Under the pieces are notes generated by a model that ran no database searches, was not told where the DNA came from, and saw only the letters and a program-made list of their open reading frames with translations. From the NCBI GenBank assembly GCA_031409395.1, contig JANNXF010000120.1, positions 1 through 44,289 on the forward strand: 44,289 nucleotides of DNA, written 5' to 3'. Each line of letters opens with the position of its first letter. Positions within the stretch are counted from its first letter, which is position 1. This DNA is from Polaromonas sp. GTDB taxonomy: Bacteria > Pseudomonadota > Gammaproteobacteria > Burkholderiales > Burkholderiaceae_C. The position numbers and the translations under genes are program-made. Shown piece after piece: positions 41,370-44,289 of this stretch.

Positions 41370-44289
41370 CTATTTCCCGACGAATTCGGGCTGATCATGC
41401 CCTGCAGGCTCTTTGAGGAGCGCCGTGTTGGCACCCGGCACACCCGTACGGGCAAACAGGCTGTACATGATGGGCACCACAAACACGGTGAGCAAGGTGC
41501 CCAGCGACATGCCGCCCACAATGACCCAGCCAATCTGGGTGCGGCTCTCGGCACCGGCACCGTGGGCCAGTGCCAGCGGCAAGGCGCCCAGCACCATCGC
41601 GCCCGTCGTCATCAAAATTGGCCGCAGGCGCTGTGACGAGGCTTTTACCAGCGCATCCACCATGGCCATGCCCTGCCCGCGCAACTGGTTGGTGAACTCC
41701 ACCATCAAGATACCGTGCTTGGTGATCAGGCCCACCAGCGTGATCAGGCCAATCTGGGAATACACATTGAGCGAGCCCCCGCTCCATTTAAGCGCCAGCA
41801 GCGCGCCAATCATCGACAGCGGCACCGACAGCATGATGACCAGCGGGTCGACAAAGCTTTCAAACTGCGCGGCCAGCACCAGGAAAATAAACACCAGCGC
41901 CAGCACAAACACAATGGCCAGCGCGCCCTGCGAGTTTCTGAACTCGCGTGAGGTGCCGTTCAGATCGGTGCTGTAGCCGGTTTTCAGAACCTTGGCCGCG
42001 GTCTGGTCCATGAACCTGAGGGCTTCACCCAGCGAATAATCAGCCGCCAGGCTGGCCGTGATGGACACCGAACGACGCTGGCCAAAGTGGTTCAGTTCAC
42101 GCGGGGACACGCTTTCGCGGACCTTGACCAGCGCCGACAGCGGAATCATGGCGTCAGCTTTTCCGCGCACGTAAATACGCTCGATATCCTCCGGCGTGGT
42201 GCGCCCGGTGGGTTCGAGCTGCACAATCACGTCGTACTGCTCGGCATCGCGCTTGTAACGCGTCACGTTGCGCCCCCCCAGCAGGGTTTCAATGGCTTTG
42301 GCCACCACTTCAACACTCACGCCCAGGTCAGCCGCCTTGTCACGTTCAATCTCAATGCGCAGCTCAGGCTTGTTCAGCCTCAAGTCCACATCAGGCGACA
42401 CAATGCCGGGATTTTTGGCAATTTCTTCCAGCATCTGCCGCACCACGGTGTTGAGGTTCTGGTAGCTGTCAGAGGTTTGAATCACAAAATTAAGCGGCCG
42501 CTCGCGAAAGCCCTGGCCCAGCGATGGCGGGGTGATGGGAAACGCCGTGACGCCTGGCAAGGCGTTGAACTTGGGCTGAAGCTCCCGCGCGATGTCGATG
42601 GTTGAACGCTTGCGGTCATCCCAGTCCACCGTGCGGTAGACCACCGTGGCCTGCGCCACCGTCGGGTTGCCCACATTGGCAAAAATACGGTCAAACTCCT
42701 TGTAGGGTTGGCCTATTTTTTCCAGGGCCTGGGCGTAGCGGTTGGTGTAGGCCAGCGTGGCGCCGTCCGGCGCATTGACGTTGGCCAGAATCACACCGCG
42801 GTCTTCTATGGGCGAGAGTTCCTGCTTCATGGTGGGGAACACCAGCGCAATCGCCACGGCACTGGCCAGCATGATGCCCACCACGATCCAGCGCGCCTGG
42901 AGGACGAATTTCTTGACCTGCACACCGAACCCTGCGGCCTCTGCGCGCGGCTGGTAGCGTGCCGTCACCAGCCAGCGCAAGGCCGTGCCGTAGCGCTCGG
43001 ACAGGGCCGTCAACAGCCGCTCCATGGTGCGGTCAAAGCGGTTGGGTTTGGGGTTGTGCCTGAGCAGTTGCGTACACATCATGGGCGTGAGCGTCAGCGC
43101 CACAAAACCCGACACCACTACCGCGCCGGCCAGCGCCAGGGCAAACTCGACAAACAGCCGGCCCGTGCGCCCCGGCGTGAAGGCCAGCGGCGCATACACC
43201 GCCACCAGCGTGGCGGTCATGGTGACCACCGCAAAGCCAATCTCACGGGCGCCCTTGATGCCGGCCGAGAACGGGTCCATGCCCTCTTCAATGTGGCGGA
43301 AAATATTCTCCAGCATGACGATGGCGTCATCAACCACCAGGCCGATGGCCAGCACCAGCGCCAGCAGGGTCAGCGTGTTGATGGTGAACCCCGCCAGGGC
43401 CATCAGGGCAAAGGTGCCCACCAGGCTCACAGGGATCGTGATGATGGGAATGATGGACGCGCGCAGGGTGCGCAAAAACACAAAAATAACCAGCGCCACC
43501 AGCACGATGGCTTCAACAATCGTCTGAAACACATTTTTGACAGACCGGTCAATGAACACCGAGTTGTCGTTGGCTATGTCCACCAGCATGTCGGGCGGCA
43601 AGTCAGCGCGCAATTTGGGCAATGCCTGCCGCACGCCTTTTGACAACTCAAGCGGATTGGCCGTGGCCTGGCGGATAACGCCTACCGACACCGCCGGGCG
43701 GCCATTGAGACGGAAGATGGTGCGCTCGTCAGCGGCGGCTTCCTGAACACGGGCCACATCGCGCACCTTGACCGGAAAGCCGTTGACGTTTTTGATCACG
43801 ATATCGCCGAACTGCGCTGGCCTGAGCAGATCGGTCTGCGAGGTCACGCTGAATTCGCGTTGCTGCGATTCAATGCGGCCGGCGGGCAGCTCCAGGTTGC
43901 TGCGGCGAATCGCATCTTCCACATCCTGCGTGGTCAGGCGATACGACGCCAGCTTGTCGGTGTCCAGCCAGACCCGCATGGCGTACTTGCGTTCCCCAAA
44001 AATACGCACATCGGCCACGCCGCTCACCGTTTGCAAACGGGGCTTGACGATGCGGTTGACCAAATCGTTGATTTGCAGCGGCGTCATGGACTCGCTGGAA
44101 AACCCGATCTGGATCACCGGAAAAGCATCGGCCTCGACCTTGGCAATGACCGGCTCGTCAATGGCTTGCGGCAGGCGGTTGCGCACGCGCGAAGTCCGGT
44201 CACGGACTTCGGCAGCGGCCGCATCGGCGTCTTTTTCAAGGCGAAAGCGCACGCTGATCTGGGCCTGGTCGGCGCGGCTGATGGAGGTG
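41370..44289 (-). CDS. RND efflux permease (AcrB/AcrD/AcrF family), 5' end outside window
   Basis: GLVVDDAIVMLENI, LTLTPMMC, LAAQFES, RLRPILMT, GGM; reading frame continues to the window edge. Confidence 0.95.
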   Translation of the reverse strand, partial: TSISRADQAQISVRFRLEKDADAAAAEVRDRTSRVRNRLPQAIDEPVIAKVEADAFPVIQIGFSSESMTPLQINDLVNRIVKPRLQTVSGVADVRIFGERKYAMRVWLDTDKLASYRLTTQDVEDAIRRSNLELPAGRIESQQREFSVTSQTDLLRPAQFGDIVIKNVNGFPVKVRDVARVQEAAADERTIFRLNGRPAVSVGVIRQATANPLELSKGVRQALPKLRADLPPDMLVDIANDNSVFIDRSVKNVFQTIVEAIVLVALVIFVFLRTLRASIIPIITIPVSLVGTFALMALAGFTINTLTLLALVLAIGLVVDDAIVMLENIFRHIEEGMDPFSAGIKGAREIGFAVVTMTATLVAVYAPLAFTPGRTGRLFVEFALALAGAVVVSGFVALTLTPMMCTQLLRHNPKPNRFDRTMERLLTALSERYGTALRWLVTARYQPRAEAAGFGVQVKKFVLQARWIVVGIMLASAVAIALVFPTMKQELSPIEDRGVILANVNAPDGATLAYTNRYAQALEKIGQPYKEFDRIFANVGNPTVAQATVVYRTVDWDDRKRSTIDIARELQPKFNALPGVTAFPITPPSLGQGFRERPLNFVIQTSDSYQNLNTVVRQMLEEIAKNPGIVSPDVDLRLNKPELRIEIERDKAADLGVSVEVVAKAIETLLGGRNVTRYKRDAEQYDVIVQLEPTGRTTPEDIERIYVRGKADAMIPLSALVKVRESVSPRELNHFGQRRSVSITASLAADYSLGEALRFMDQTAAKVLKTGYSTDLNGTSREFRNSQGALAIVFVLALVFIFLVLAAQFESFVDPLVIMLSVPLSMIGALLALKWSGGSLNVYSQIGLITLVGLITKHGILMVEFTNQLRGQGMAMVDALVKASSQRLRPILMTTGAMVLGALPLALAHGAGAESRTQIGWVIVGGMSLGTLLTVFVVPIMYSLFARTGVPGANTALLKEPAGHDQPEFVGK

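Overview
A GC-rich betaproteobacterial chromosome segment; gene order and protein style suggest Comamonadaceae, Polaromonas-like (inference). It is mostly core genes: pbpG, two tandem non-orthologous leuA genes behind a Leu leader-peptide attenuator, pssA, ilvB-N-C, an ECF sigma cluster, dgkA, LOG, glnB-nadE, a FemAB/GNAT-like gene, WS/DGAT plus a hydrolase, divergent ppa/hppA, potE with a basic amino-acid decarboxylase, a TolC-HlyD-ABC2 set with no ATPase, ALDH-SDR, moaA-mobA-moeA and a partial RND pump. No rRNA, tRNA, CRISPR array, integrase or transposase was seen. The most unusual signals lie below gene level. (1) A 55-bp double-palindrome repeat occurs six times, twice inside nadE and moeA, where it is read in different frames. 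(2) A second, GC-rich hairpin repeat is inserted in frame three times in the FemAB-like gene. (3) A ~2.7-kb integrase-free islet is bounded by a duplicated, decaying ppa 3' end. (4) Five starts look leaderless, with a -10-like hexamer exactly 6 nt before ATG. Alignments and coordinates were read by eye; no searches were run.
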